IMG/VR virus record: IMGVR_UViG_3300032373_000071
Span: 1 to 34,201 of that record
DNA length: 34,201 nt
Origin: a virus
Taxonomy: Duplodnaviria; Caudoviricetes
Strand: one strand, 5' to 3'
Shown in pieces: positions 16,068 to 26,500 of this stretch; positions within the stretch are counted from its first letter, which is position 1, and every line of letters begins with the position of its first letter. Below the pieces are notes generated by a model. That model was not told where the DNA came from. It made no database searches and saw nothing but the letters and a program-made list of their open reading frames with translations. The translations under genes and the position numbers were made by a program.

Positions 16068-17605
16068 TGGTCGGACGGCAGATCGATGGCGTGGAAGAGA
16101 TGACGACGGTGGCCCGTAGCGCGGCCCCCGTCTTCAAGGCGTATGGAGCCTCCATCGAACTGCTGACGGCCTGCGAGCCCGAGATCCTGTACGAGGGGCC
16201 GGCCAACACCGGCAAGAGCCGCACCCTGCTCGAGAAGTGCTATATGCTCGCCAACGAGTTCCCGGGGATGCGGCAGCTCTGGGTGCGGAAGACGCGCAAG
16301 TCGATGACGGAATCGGTGCTGGTGACGTGGGAGGAGCACGTTCTGCCGGCGAACCACCCGTGTATCAGCGGGCCGAGCCGCGCGCAGCGGGACTTCTACG
16401 ACTTCCCCAACGGGACGCGCATCGTCCTGGGCGGGATGGACAACCCCGACCGGATCATGTCCACCGAGTACGACTTCGTGGCGTACTTCGAGGCGACGGA
16501 GGGGGAGCAGGACGAGTGGGAGAAGCTGGGCACGCGGATCCGCAACAAGAAGATCCCGGTGGGCGTGGACAGGGACGGCGAGGGTCTGTTCTGGGACCAG
16601 ATGGTCGCGGACTGCAACCCGTCACACTCGAACCACTGGCTGAACAAGCGGGCGTTGGACGGCAAGATGCGCCGGATCCGGGCGCGGCATTGCGACAACC
16701 CGGTGTTCACGAAGCGCGACCAGGCCCGTCTCGATGCGCTCACGGGCGCGCGGCGCGCGCGGCTCCGCGATGGGCTCTGGGTCAGCGCCGAGGGGCAGAT
16801 CCTCTCGAACTACGACCCGGCGAAGCACCACACGCGGCTCGATCAATGGCTCCTGGACCCCGAGGAGCCGAGCGCGGGCCTCAAGTTCGACTGGTACGGC
16901 GCCGGCCTGGACTTCGGCTACCGGCACGCCCAGGCGCTCGAAGTGTTCGGGATGATCGGTGAGACCGCCGTGCTGATCGGTGAGGTGTACCGGCGCGAGA
17001 TGCGGCCCGACTGGTGGGCCGGCGCGCTCGAGCGGGTGATCGACAAGTACGACCTTCAGATCATCGTGGCGGACGGCGCGGACCTGACGGCGATCCACTA
17101 CCTGAACGACCGGCTTGGCCCCCTGGGCGGGCGCGACGAGGGCGACCTGATCCGTGCAGCGGTGAAGAGGCCCGGCTACAAGCAGTCGAACCTCCAGATG
17201 ATGCAGGACCACCTGGCGCAGGGTCGGCTCCTGTTCGCGGAGGACGCGCAGCTAGAGGAGCGGTGCGGCGTCTGCCGGGAGCAGTTCAAGCCCCAGAGCA
17301 TCCTGGAGGAGATCCCCGACTTCCGCTGGGCCGAGCTCAAGGACGGCCAGCGCGCGCGCGAGGAGCCCGACCCCCGGTGTGTTGACCACGGCATCGACGC
17401 GGCCCAGATGTTCCTGGGGTGGCTGTGGGGGACGGACCTCACGCCGAAGTGGGGGCCGAAGTACGCGCCCGGCTCCTACGGGGCCGAGCTAGACCATGAG
17501 ACCGTGCTCGAGAACGACGCGCGCCTCCTCTCCACCGACGACACGACTGCCCCCGACGAGCATTGGCCCGACGAGGACATCGACGACCTGGGATACGTGA
17601 ACTGA
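16067..17605 (+). CDS. terL: Terminase large subunit
   Basis: Walker A EILYEGPANTGKS, Walker B-like FVAYFEATE, DCNP coupling motif, LRDGLWVSAEG, RNase H GLDFGY and DHGIDA. Confidence 0.93.
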   Translation: MVGRQIDGVEEMTTVARSAAPVFKAYGASIELLTACEPEILYEGPANTGKSRTLLEKCYMLANEFPGMRQLWVRKTRKSMTESVLVTWEEHVLPANHPCISGPSRAQRDFYDFPNGTRIVLGGMDNPDRIMSTEYDFVAYFEATEGEQDEWEKLGTRIRNKKIPVGVDRDGEGLFWDQMVADCNPSHSNHWLNKRALDGKMRRIRARHCDNPVFTKRDQARLDALTGARRARLRDGLWVSAEGQILSNYDPAKHHTRLDQWLLDPEEPSAGLKFDWYGAGLDFGYRHAQALEVFGMIGETAVLIGEVYRREMRPDWWAGALERVIDKYDLQIIVADGADLTAIHYLNDRLGPLGGRDEGDLIRAAVKRPGYKQSNLQMMQDHLAQGRLLFAEDAQLEERCGVCREQFKPQSILEEIPDFRWAELKDGQRAREEPDPRCVDHGIDAAQMFLGWLWGTDLTPKWGPKYAPGSYGAELDHETVLENDARLLSTDDTTAPDEHWPDEDIDDLGYVN

Positions 17606-19524
17606 TGGACTACTCGGACCCGAAGCAGCTCGAACGGTGGAGCGCGCGAATCAAGCAGGACTGCGAGTTCCGCGACGACCACCTCTGGTCGATGGACCAG
17701 ATGATCGCTGCGGGCCACGGCCCCCACTACTCGCGGCGCGTGACGGCGACCTATATGCCGTTCAACCACTACTACAGCTACACCTCGCTGATGGTGGGGC
17801 GGCTGATGTACGACAACCCCCGGACGCGGGTGACGACCAGGCGACCGGGCACGCAGAAGGACGTTGCCGAGGCGATCGGACACGGCCTGAACCGCTGGGT
17901 GCGGGACGTGAACCTGCGGCGCGTGGGCCAGCAGCTCGCCACGGACTTCTGCTACTCCTGGGGGGTGGCGATGGTGACGCGCGAGCCGAACCGCTGGGAA
18001 CTCCAGACGGACGAGCGAACGTACTTCGACAAGAAGGGGAAGGTGGTCCCGTCGATCAAGAAGTCGATGTGGCCTGCGGTGTACCGGGTGCCCCAGCCCT
18101 CGTTCATGGTGGACTCGAGGGCGCTGACGCTCGACTCTGCGGAGTACATGGGGCACACGTGGTACGCGAACATCGCTGACCTGATGGCCGAGGCGGACGG
18201 GCAGCCTGAGAAGGGCTGGAAGCGGGAGAAGCTGAAGCGGCTCCAGGACGGTGGCGCGGCCCCCGGTGGCGAGGCCGAGCACGTGGACCCGCTGCGGAAG
18301 CAGGCGGGCGACCGAGACACGGAGGCCGAACAGGTGGAGCTGCTGACGCTCTGGGTCTCTGGCTATGCCTGCGACGAGAAGAAGGGCCGGAAGCAGGGGT
18401 ACAACGGCTCGCTGGTGACGCTGGCGAAGGCGGCATCGGGGCCGAAGAACTACGAGTGGGAGGAGGTCAAGGATCCCGAGCCCTTCTACGGCCCGCCGAC
18501 CGGCCCCTACGTGGTGTTCGGTGCGTACACGTTGCCGAACCGGCTCTGGCCCCTGTCGCCCCTGGTCGCGGTCGAGGCGCAGATCCGAGCTGCGAACCGC
18601 CAGGCTCGAGCGGTGGAGCGGTCGAACGAGCGCCACAAGCGGGTGGTGCTCTACAACCAGCGGGACGCGAAGACGGCGGCGCTCCTGAAGCGGGCGCAGC
18701 ACGACTTCTACGTCGGCATCCCGGGCTTCGAGAAGGACAAGTTCGCCCAGGCCGAGCTGGGGGGCGCGACGGAGACGCAGTACAAGGGCGCGATGTGGGC
18801 CGTGGACACGCTCCAGCGGGTCAGCGCGATGGACGATGCCCAGCAGGGCCAGGTGACCGGCCAGGGCACGGCGACCGAGCACACCATCGCCGCGGACTCG
18901 ACGGCCTCGAGGCTCGCGCTCCTGCGCCAGCAGTTCGGGGACGCCATGAGCCAGGTGCTTCGGATCGTGGCGTACTACCTCTACCACGACACGTCCATCG
19001 TCTTCCCCCTGGGGGACGAGGCCGGTGAGCAAGTCGGCATGGAGGAGCCGTGGTTCCACGGTGGCCTGCACGATCCCGCGAGCGATGCCACGTTCGAGGA
19101 CTTGGAGCTGGAGATCGAGGCGTACTCGATGCAGCGGATGGGCCAGGGCGAGTGGGGTCGCGCGGTCGATCAGGCCGTCGCCGGCTACCTGATGCCCTCG
19201 CTCCAGATGCGCCAGCTGTTCCCCTTCGTGAGCTGGGACAAGCTGGACGACATGATGGCCCAGCGGTACGGGCTGCCGGACCTGGACGGCCTGGTGGACA
19301 ACGAGGCGGCGATGGCACAGGCCCCGTTCGAGGGTCCGGCCCCGGAGAACCAGCCCCGGCTCGACCGGGACGTTGGCGGCTACGAGGGCGCGCACGCGGG
19401 CCGTCCGAAGCGGGTGGCCCCGAGTGGTCCGATGGCCGAGGGGCGGCAGTTCGCGGGCGCTGGAGCGGGCTCAGGTGGGCCTGCGGCGTCTGGAGGGCAG
19501 ATGACCGGCCTGGGAGGGCTCTAG
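17605..19524 (+). CDS. Portal protein (P22-like)
   Basis: ATG 17605 in TGATG overlap directly after terL; about 640 aa; QQG...TATE..IA motif; Gly-rich tail. Confidence 0.85.
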   Translation: MDYSDPKQLERWSARIKQDCEFRDDHLWSMDQMIAAGHGPHYSRRVTATYMPFNHYYSYTSLMVGRLMYDNPRTRVTTRRPGTQKDVAEAIGHGLNRWVRDVNLRRVGQQLATDFCYSWGVAMVTREPNRWELQTDERTYFDKKGKVVPSIKKSMWPAVYRVPQPSFMVDSRALTLDSAEYMGHTWYANIADLMAEADGQPEKGWKREKLKRLQDGGAAPGGEAEHVDPLRKQAGDRDTEAEQVELLTLWVSGYACDEKKGRKQGYNGSLVTLAKAASGPKNYEWEEVKDPEPFYGPPTGPYVVFGAYTLPNRLWPLSPLVAVEAQIRAANRQARAVERSNERHKRVVLYNQRDAKTAALLKRAQHDFYVGIPGFEKDKFAQAELGGATETQYKGAMWAVDTLQRVSAMDDAQQGQVTGQGTATEHTIAADSTASRLALLRQQFGDAMSQVLRIVAYYLYHDTSIVFPLGDEAGEQVGMEEPWFHGGLHDPASDATFEDLELEIEAYSMQRMGQGEWGRAVDQAVAGYLMPSLQMRQLFPFVSWDKLDDMMAQRYGLPDLDGLVDNEAAMAQAPFEGPAPENQPRLDRDVGGYEGAHAGRPKRVAPSGPMAEGRQFAGAGAGSGGPAASGGQMTGLGGL

Positions 19525-19527
19525 GGC

Positions 19528-19893
19528 ATGAAGAAGGCGAAGGACACGGCGGGACTGCGGCGGATCTACCGCTACGAGGACCAGGAGACGGGCCAGAAGG
19601 TGCTCATGGAGCTGGCCGACGACGAGGAGATCCACGACATCGGGGAGGTGGCGACCTGGAACGGGCGGAAGCTCGTGCGGCTGCCCTCCGGGGACGGAGG
19701 CCGGCAACATGAGGTCTGCGTCAAGTTCGACGGGATGTTCAAGAACTACCAGGTGGACCGGAAAGACCCGATCACCAGGCACGCGGACGGGCGCGACAAG
19801 CGAGGAACACCCATGTTCCAGGGCCGCTCCCACGCACGGGACTATGCGGCCAGGATGCGGGACGTGGGGATGGACGTGGAATTCGACGGATGA
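19528..19893 (+). CDS. Small protein between portal and scaffold (FmdB-like position, no CxxC)
   Basis: GGAGG SD; IYRYEDQETG start; G.PMF..RSHARDY end. Confidence 0.7.
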   Translation: MKKAKDTAGLRRIYRYEDQETGQKVLMELADDEEIHDIGEVATWNGRKLVRLPSGDGGRQHEVCVKFDGMFKNYQVDRKDPITRHADGRDKRGTPMFQGRSHARDYAARMRDVGMDVEFDG

Positions 19894-19917
19894 TCTAACT
19901 CTAATCAGGGAGAGCAC

Positions 19918-20901
19918 ATGGAAGAGACAGAGCTGATCGAGGGCCAGGCGGCCCCGACGAACCAGGAGCAGCAGGCTTCGCAGGCGAGAGACACCTCTGA
20001 CGCCGAGCTGCTGCAAGGGATGCTGGCCCAGGCAGACGGCCCGACCGCGCTCGACGCGACGGCGCTGGCTGCGGAGGCGCAGGGCGAGACAGCCCCGCAA
20101 GGCAACCTGGAGGAGGCTGTCGAGCCTGCTCAGAAGGCGCTCGAGGACGCGCGCGCGGTGTTGGCCCGCGCGAAGATCCACAAGGACATCATCAACGGGT
20201 TGGCCCCCGACGCTCTGCTCGAGCAGGCCGAGACGCTGAAAGGCGTTCAGGCCGAGCAGGACCGGGAGGGGAACTGGCGAGACCAGTTGGTGAAGCGATT
20301 GGAACACCTCGAAGGTGGTTCCACGGAGGGAAGCGACGACACCGAAGAGGGCGGCAGCGATGCCGCGCAACCTTCGGATGGGCAGAAAGCCAGGACGCCC
20401 GACCTGTCGGAAGCTTTGCAACCCGTGGACGAGTACCTGTACGAGGGGATCCCAGAAGCCCTTACGGCGACGGCGACGGCGATGGCCGGCTACACGGAGG
20501 AGCGGATCGCGGAAGCGACGGCCCCTCTGATGGCGCAGGTTCAAGAGCTGACGCAGGAGCTTGTGAGGCGGGAACTGGTCGGTGAGTACCCCCAGCTCCG
20601 CGACGCCACAGCCTACGGCAAGGTCAAGCAGGCGATGGCTGAGATCCAGCCGCGTGTCCAGGTGGAGGGCGGAAGCGCCTTCGACCAGGTGTACGCGGTG
20701 ATGGGTCGAGCCTCGCAGATCGAGCTAGGGACAGGCGGCGCACCTTCGGAATCTCCCCCGCAGAACGGTGGCCTGGTGCCGCCCACTCGCAAACCATCCT
20801 CCGAGAACGCCATGTCTGCGGACGAGCGTTCGGCGGCCTACTTGAAGGCTGCTATGGCTTCCGGCTCATCGGCGGCTGGTAGACGAGCTGCGGGACTGTA
20901 A
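19918..20901 (+). CDS. Capsid scaffolding protein
   Basis: Acidic Ala/Glu/Gln-rich helical protein directly upstream of the capsid gene; GGGAGAG SD. Confidence 0.75.
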   Translation: MEETELIEGQAAPTNQEQQASQARDTSDAELLQGMLAQADGPTALDATALAAEAQGETAPQGNLEEAVEPAQKALEDARAVLARAKIHKDIINGLAPDALLEQAETLKGVQAEQDREGNWRDQLVKRLEHLEGGSTEGSDDTEEGGSDAAQPSDGQKARTPDLSEALQPVDEYLYEGIPEALTATATAMAGYTEERIAEATAPLMAQVQELTQELVRRELVGEYPQLRDATAYGKVKQAMAEIQPRVQVEGGSAFDQVYAVMGRASQIELGTGGAPSESPPQNGGLVPPTRKPSSENAMSADERSAAYLKAAMASGSSAAGRRAAGL

Positions 20902-20953
20902 CAGCGGTCCCACCAAAACACGGTCGGGCCGCGCAGCCTCTAAGAGGTAACCC

Positions 20954-22159
20954 GTGGACCTGTTCACCGACTTCATTCTGGCTACTGGGCCTGCCGACAT
21001 CGGCGGCGCTCAGGGCCTTCAGAACCTCATCACCCGCAACAGCTACTCGCTGAAGTGGATGGTGCAGGGCGGCCCCGGCGTCAAAATGTGCCAGGGCGGT
21101 TCTTCGATCCGTGGTGACGTGATGATCCGAGAGGTCAGCACGTACACCACCTACAAGCCGAACGACAAGCAAACCTGGTCGAACCCCCAGGTGACCGAGG
21201 ACTACAGCTGTCCCTGGCGCTTCTCGCTCGACCATATCTCCTGGACCGACCAGGAGATCATGCTCAACAACGCGACGGGTCCGCAGTACAAGGACGACGT
21301 TCGCATCCAGGCCTTCATCGACATGAGGAAGAAGGTCAACATGAGGGGCGTCACGTCTCTCATCCACGGCATGGAAGACGAGATGTGGGCGCTGCCGGAC
21401 TACGGCGAGATGGAGCTCACGGCGGGCTCTGGCGTCCAGTCGCTTCCGCTGTTCTCGAACGAGATGACCAATGGCGGTCTGTACTCGAGCTACCTGAGCG
21501 GCAACGGCGGTTCGGACACGGTGCAGGGCATCGACAAGACGCAGTACGGCGTCTGGGACAACGCTCGCGCGGCCTACAAGGCGGTCGGCACTCACGCCGC
21601 GAACCACCTCTTCGAGGCGTTCGATGACGTGTTCATGGAGGTCCAGTACGAGAAGATGCCGGGCATCGGTGCCGAGTACACGGACCCGATCAGCAATCCG
21701 TTCGTGGTCGCCACGCAGAAGCAGGGCATCATCAACTTCAAGCGCAGCCTGCGCCTGAACCAGGACTGGTATCGCCACGGCCCGGACGATCCGAAGTACG
21801 GAGCCCAGTTCGACGGCACGCAGCTCGAGTGGATCAAGGCGCTGGACACGGCGGCGATCTACCCGACTGCTGAGAACCAGGCGCACGGTTCGGAGACGAC
21901 CTACGGGCTCTGGTCGGAAACGACCAACAACTCAGCCGGTGGTGACACGGGCAACAACGACGGGCCGCGCTACCACGTGCTCGACTTCATGACGCTGCAC
22001 AAGGTCTGCCACTCGCAGCGTTTCTTCACCTACCTGCCGAACAAGCGGCCCAGCAACCAGGCGACGACGAACATCCTCCCGATCGACTCGTGGCACAACA
22101 ACTTCTGCCGCGACCTCCGTCGTCAGGCGTGCGTCTACCCTGACGGAGCCCTCGCGTAG
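20954..22159 (+). CDS. Major capsid protein (HK97 fold)
   Basis: 401 aa after scaffold; QGG..I and PWRF motifs, C-terminal N.FC..LRRQ; strongly biased codons; GAGGT SD. Confidence 0.85.
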   Translation: MDLFTDFILATGPADIGGAQGLQNLITRNSYSLKWMVQGGPGVKMCQGGSSIRGDVMIREVSTYTTYKPNDKQTWSNPQVTEDYSCPWRFSLDHISWTDQEIMLNNATGPQYKDDVRIQAFIDMRKKVNMRGVTSLIHGMEDEMWALPDYGEMELTAGSGVQSLPLFSNEMTNGGLYSSYLSGNGGSDTVQGIDKTQYGVWDNARAAYKAVGTHAANHLFEAFDDVFMEVQYEKMPGIGAEYTDPISNPFVVATQKQGIINFKRSLRLNQDWYRHGPDDPKYGAQFDGTQLEWIKALDTAAIYPTAENQAHGSETTYGLWSETTNNSAGGDTGNNDGPRYHVLDFMTLHKVCHSQRFFTYLPNKRPSNQATTNILPIDSWHNNFCRDLRRQACVYPDGALA

Positions 22160-22189
22160 GCCCTACCTCTCACACAAGGAGAAACTGAA

Positions 22190-22720
22190 ATGTCTGTTGG
22201 ACTAGAACCCCCCTACGGCTGGGGCGGCCCGGAGCCCTGGGAAGCCATCGTCTTCAACCCTGGAACTGTGGACTTCCTCCAGTGGGATCACGTCATGTTG
22301 GACATCGTGTTCAACGACGCGGAGACCACCACCAACACGGTCGGAGCGCAAAACTCCTGCTGGGCGAACATCAACTCGCTCACGGGCGGCGCTCGCAGCA
22401 GCGGCATCACGGCGATCTGCCAGGTGCCGATTGCCGCTCGCGAGTACGGGAAGGTGATGATCCGAGGGATCACGATGGCTCACGTCGGCACGTCTTCGAC
22501 GCTGACCGCGCCCACGGCTGGCACGAAGCTCTGGGTCGAGGCTGGCCTGGACACGTACCTGGACGTCATCAACCCGCCCGCGTTCGGGGTCGGCGCGATC
22601 CAGCGCGGCATCCTGACCACGGACGGAGCGGCTGCCTTCGCGGCAATCGACGAGCCGGGCCAGGTCGCTATGCAGATCTACTTCGACGGGGTGGGCATCT
22701 CCACCTACGCGGCGAGCTGA
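22190..22720 (+). CDS. Capsid cement/decoration protein
   Basis: AAGGAG SD; follows capsid gene; IAAREYGKVMIRGIT motif typical of cement-like proteins. Confidence 0.65.
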   Translation: MSVGLEPPYGWGGPEPWEAIVFNPGTVDFLQWDHVMLDIVFNDAETTTNTVGAQNSCWANINSLTGGARSSGITAICQVPIAAREYGKVMIRGITMAHVGTSSTLTAPTAGTKLWVEAGLDTYLDVINPPAFGVGAIQRGILTTDGAAAFAAIDEPGQVAMQIYFDGVGISTYAAS

Positions 22721-22743
22721 TCCGCGAGAGAACTCTCTCCCCC

Positions 22744-22779
22744 GCTCCCCGTCGTCGCGTTCCATCGGCGGCGGGGGGC
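22744..22779 (+). terminator. 14-bp hairpin after head genes (terminator or mRNA-stabilising stem)
   Basis: gctccccgtcgtcg-8 nt-cggcggcggggggc with three G-U pairs that work only on the + transcript; no U-tract. Confidence 0.5.
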
Positions 22780-22805
22780 ACTCCCTACAACCTGGAGCCT
22801 GACCC

Positions 22806-23546
22806 ATGCTGACCGTTGCCGATCTGTTGGCCGAGGTGCGCCACGCGAGCGGAGCGCAGAACTCGCTGCCCGGAATCTCCGACCTGTCCATCGTCAAGCA
22901 GGCGCTCCAGTACTTCAACTCGATGCACTCCTGGCGCACGATGATGCGCGCGGAGGCCTCTCTGTCCCTGGTGTCCGGCCAGGACTACCTGACGCTCCCC
23001 GAGGACTACCGGGACAGCGCGGTGATCGGCTACAACCAGGGAATCATCAACTGGTTCAGGTGGACCGACCCGGCGAGGCTCACCGAGCTGCGCGCTGCGG
23101 ACGACGACGATCAGGACTTCAGCGGCGGCTACTGGGGCACCATCGAGTACCGGACCCCGACGAGCGGCGGCAGGCCCGTGCAGGCGATCAGCCTGTACCC
23201 CCAGCCGGTGAACGCGCAGGCCGATGCTTTCCTGCTGCGGTACACGTCGAAGCTGGTGGCTCCGGGCACGGGCCAGGCTGCGGATACGACCTACCTCCAG
23301 GTGATCGACGAGCTGGAGCCCCTGCTGCGCCGGCTGACGCGGATCTACGCGGAGGCGTACTTCCACCGGGACGGGTCGGACATCGAGCACCGGCTCCAGG
23401 CGCTCGAGCAGTCGGAGTGGCTGATGCGCCTCAAGGAAGTGGACGGCGCTGGCCAGCTCGAGCTAGGCGAGGGCGAAGGCGGCGCGGCCCAACGCGCGGA
23501 GATCGACACCGGTTGGTGGGACTCTGCCGTGACGGACCCGTCATGA
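22806..23546 (+). CDS. Head-tail adaptor (P22 gp4 / T7 gp11-like)
   Basis: Position; H.WR..., L.LVSGQDY.TLPEDY and LYPQP motifs. Confidence 0.75.
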   Translation: MLTVADLLAEVRHASGAQNSLPGISDLSIVKQALQYFNSMHSWRTMMRAEASLSLVSGQDYLTLPEDYRDSAVIGYNQGIINWFRWTDPARLTELRAADDDDQDFSGGYWGTIEYRTPTSGGRPVQAISLYPQPVNAQADAFLLRYTSKLVAPGTGQAADTTYLQVIDELEPLLRRLTRIYAEAYFHRDGSDIEHRLQALEQSEWLMRLKEVDGAGQLELGEGEGGAAQRAEIDTGWWDSAVTDPS

Positions 23547-26500
23547 ACAAGCGATTCCAGCTCCGGCCTGCCCTTCGCGGGGTGAGCGAGGACCAGGGGG
23601 AGGCGAACCAGCTCCCCATGACGAGCCCGAAGGCGCGGAACGTGCGCGCGCTGGACCCGGAGACGGGGCGCGTGCAGATGGCGCAGCGAGCGGGCTACAC
23701 GGACGCGCTGGCGTGCTCGCTGCCCGCGCGCGTGGAGGCCGCGGCGACGGTGACCTACGACCACCCGAAGACGGAGTTCGTGGGGCCTGGCGAGGGCACG
23801 ATCACGGTCAAGTGGGAGCGGATCACCCCTTGCCAGAACTGCGCGCCGGGCCTGGCCGTGGACTTCGAGGGCAACGTCTACGCCATCGACGGCGACGGCG
23901 TGTTCATCGTGTACGGGCCGGACGGGGCCGAGCGCAACCGGACGACGATCTGGGTGCCGCAGCTCGAGAAGGTGGTCGAGCGGATCCAGGTGGACTCGAA
24001 CGGCAACGTCTACGTGGCGACGACGAACGGAGACGGGTTCTCGAGCACGCTGTCGAAGTACGAGCGCGTGGAGAACGAGGACGACACGGACACCTACGAC
24101 CTGGCCTGGCGCTGGCAGGGGCTCTGGGGCATCCGTGACTTCGCGGTGCGCGCGGGGCTCTGCGCGGTGGCGCGGTTCTACGGCCAGGGCGAGGAGGGCG
24201 ACGAGGAGAACATCACGGTGCTGTCGCAGCTCTACGCGACGGCCCCGGTGGAGGCTGGGCAGTCGGCGGTGCCGAGCCCGGTGACGAGCGTGGACTTCAA
24301 CGAGGCGGCGGAAATCCTGTTCAGCGTGGACGCCAACGCGAACCGTGGGGGCAACCCGATCACAGAGGAGGGGTGGACGGCCAGGCTGACGTTGTTCTCC
24401 CCGCATGAGATCAGCAACGGCGGCGGCGGCATCGACGCGACGGGTAACTCGTTCGCGCAGCGCGCGCACTTCTGGATCGACGCGGACACGGTTGCGAACG
24501 AGCACGTCAACAACGACTCGGTTACGCGGGTGAAGGACCGGCGCTGGCTGCACACGCAGATCGACCCGACTGAGCTGAAGGACGGGATGGCGCAGCCGGA
24601 CGGCGACCTGTCCTACGTGGCTCCCACGGACCTGACCGCGCGCCCGGCGAAGGGTGACCTCTACTCGAACTTCCGTCGCCCCATCTACAAGCAGACCGGC
24701 GCGGGGCCGAACCCGACGATCCACTTCATCGGCCCGGAGGGTCGCCCGCCCTGGCGCAGCTACGACGACTACGGCAGCGTGTTCTTCCTCTGGGACGGAA
24801 CCGACCTCAACCAGAACATCTACAACTGGAAGGTGGACAACCTCACCGGGGGGCAGCTGCGCCTGGGCGAGAACAAGACGAACAGCGGGCAGAAGTCCGA
24901 CACGTCTGGCGACGACCTGCCGGACGCGGACGGCCTGATGGAGAACCAGGGGTCGATCATCCCTGGCGGCCCGAACACTCCCTGGGCGGCGTTCTTCTTG
25001 GTGCGATGCAACCCGTCCACGCACGGGGAGGTGATCTTCCACCACCGTTCGAGGACTGGGGACGAGTTCGCCATCCTGCACAATATGCACAGCAGCTCGA
25101 CCTACGCCTCAGGTGACAAGACGCTGAACGGGTACGCATCCAACGACACGCAGGTCTCGCTCAACCAGAACCACCTGAGCGTCTTCATCGGTCGCGTTGG
25201 TGACTTCGGCTCGCCTCTCATCGGGACGCCCACGGGCTACACAGGAGCGACTACCGGCACGGCTGTCGTGGACACGACCGCGTTCAAGATCCCCAGCGTG
25301 AACCTGGCGACGGGGGAGTACGGAGACCCGGCTGGTGCGAACACCAGCACGACTTCGACGGACTACTGGGACGACTTCTCGAACGACCGGGGGGTCGCGC
25401 TGATCTCCATCGTCCACAACGGCAAGCACGGATCCGGCGAGGTGGACGATAGCGGGGGCACGCTCCAGTCAGACGGCAACTCGATGGTGCGGATCAACGG
25501 GCGGCTGGTCTGCAAGCTCAAGATGACGAGCGACCTGGCCGACGCGATCTACACGGGCGCGATCTTCGGGGGCTCGACGGACGAACACGGCCACCCCGGC
25601 CTCACTCACCTGTCCTCCTGGCACGGCGACCTGATGGAGGCCATCGGCATCGTGGGCGGGACGAGCGGCGCATCGAGCGGCGACCCGAACCCGAACCAGG
25701 TGCGTTGGCCTGGCGTGACGGACTCGGACACGCCTGCGGATCCCTTCACGGAACACCAGTGGACGGACATGACGGGGTTCAGCTACGACACGTCGCCGGA
25801 CACGCGCGAGACGTACACAGCCGCCGCCTGCACGGTCGAGCAGATGGAGGGCTACCTGGCGTACAAGCACGGGTGCGGCGACATCCTGCCCGGCGCTGGC
25901 GTGGACGAGAGCACAGGCGCGGGCGTCTTTACGGGCACCGGCAGTCTTGGCCTGGGCAACCTGTTCCAGGCGAAGCACCCGTTCGCCTACGGCGAGGTCG
26001 ATGGTAGCGGTGCCCCGTGGAACACCCCCCGGCCCCCGGTGGGACGAGCTGCGGCGGGCGGCGTGACGCTGGGGCCTTCCGGCGTGGCGCTGCTCTCCCC
26101 GAAGGAGATTGTGGCGAAGATGAACGCGAGCGGGGAGGTCGCGTGGGCGCTGTCCGGCAACGGGCACGGTCTCGGCGTGCTCGCTGGGCCGGATCGCTCG
26201 GTGCTCACGGTGGGTCGGCACGACGGCAGCGACACGACGGTCGCCAAGCGGCTGAAGGATCTGGGCTCGAGCTACCGGGCGACGGGCGACGACACCTGGG
26301 CGATCGAGGAGGCTGCGAACCCGGCGCGGGTTCCGGTGCGCGGGCTGGCGACGGACGTGAAGGGGAACCTGTACTGGCCGCGTGAGGACGCGCGGCAGTC
26401 TGTCCTGCTCCAGTTCACGAGCAACCCCGCCAACGCGGATATCGTGGCCCTCTCTGTGGAGGGCGGCACCCGTGGCTTCATCTTCAGGAACACGCTGAGC

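Noticed and set aside
16470-16500. TerL Walker B reads YFE instead of hhhhDE, suggesting inactivation
   Set aside because: The catalytic Glu and all other motifs are intact; substitution at the Asp position is something I recall in related terminases
17476-19395. 639-aa minus-strand ORF, and similar long antisense ORFs at 1547-3361, 11178-12320, 23345-25090 and 25469-26674
   Set aside because: Each mirrors a well-supported + strand gene and reflects GC3 bias
23060-23542. N-terminal 161 aa of the 1767-aa ORF call
   Set aside because: Overlaps the adaptor gene in another frame and is Arg/Gly-rich noise; ATG 23543 has an ATGA overlap
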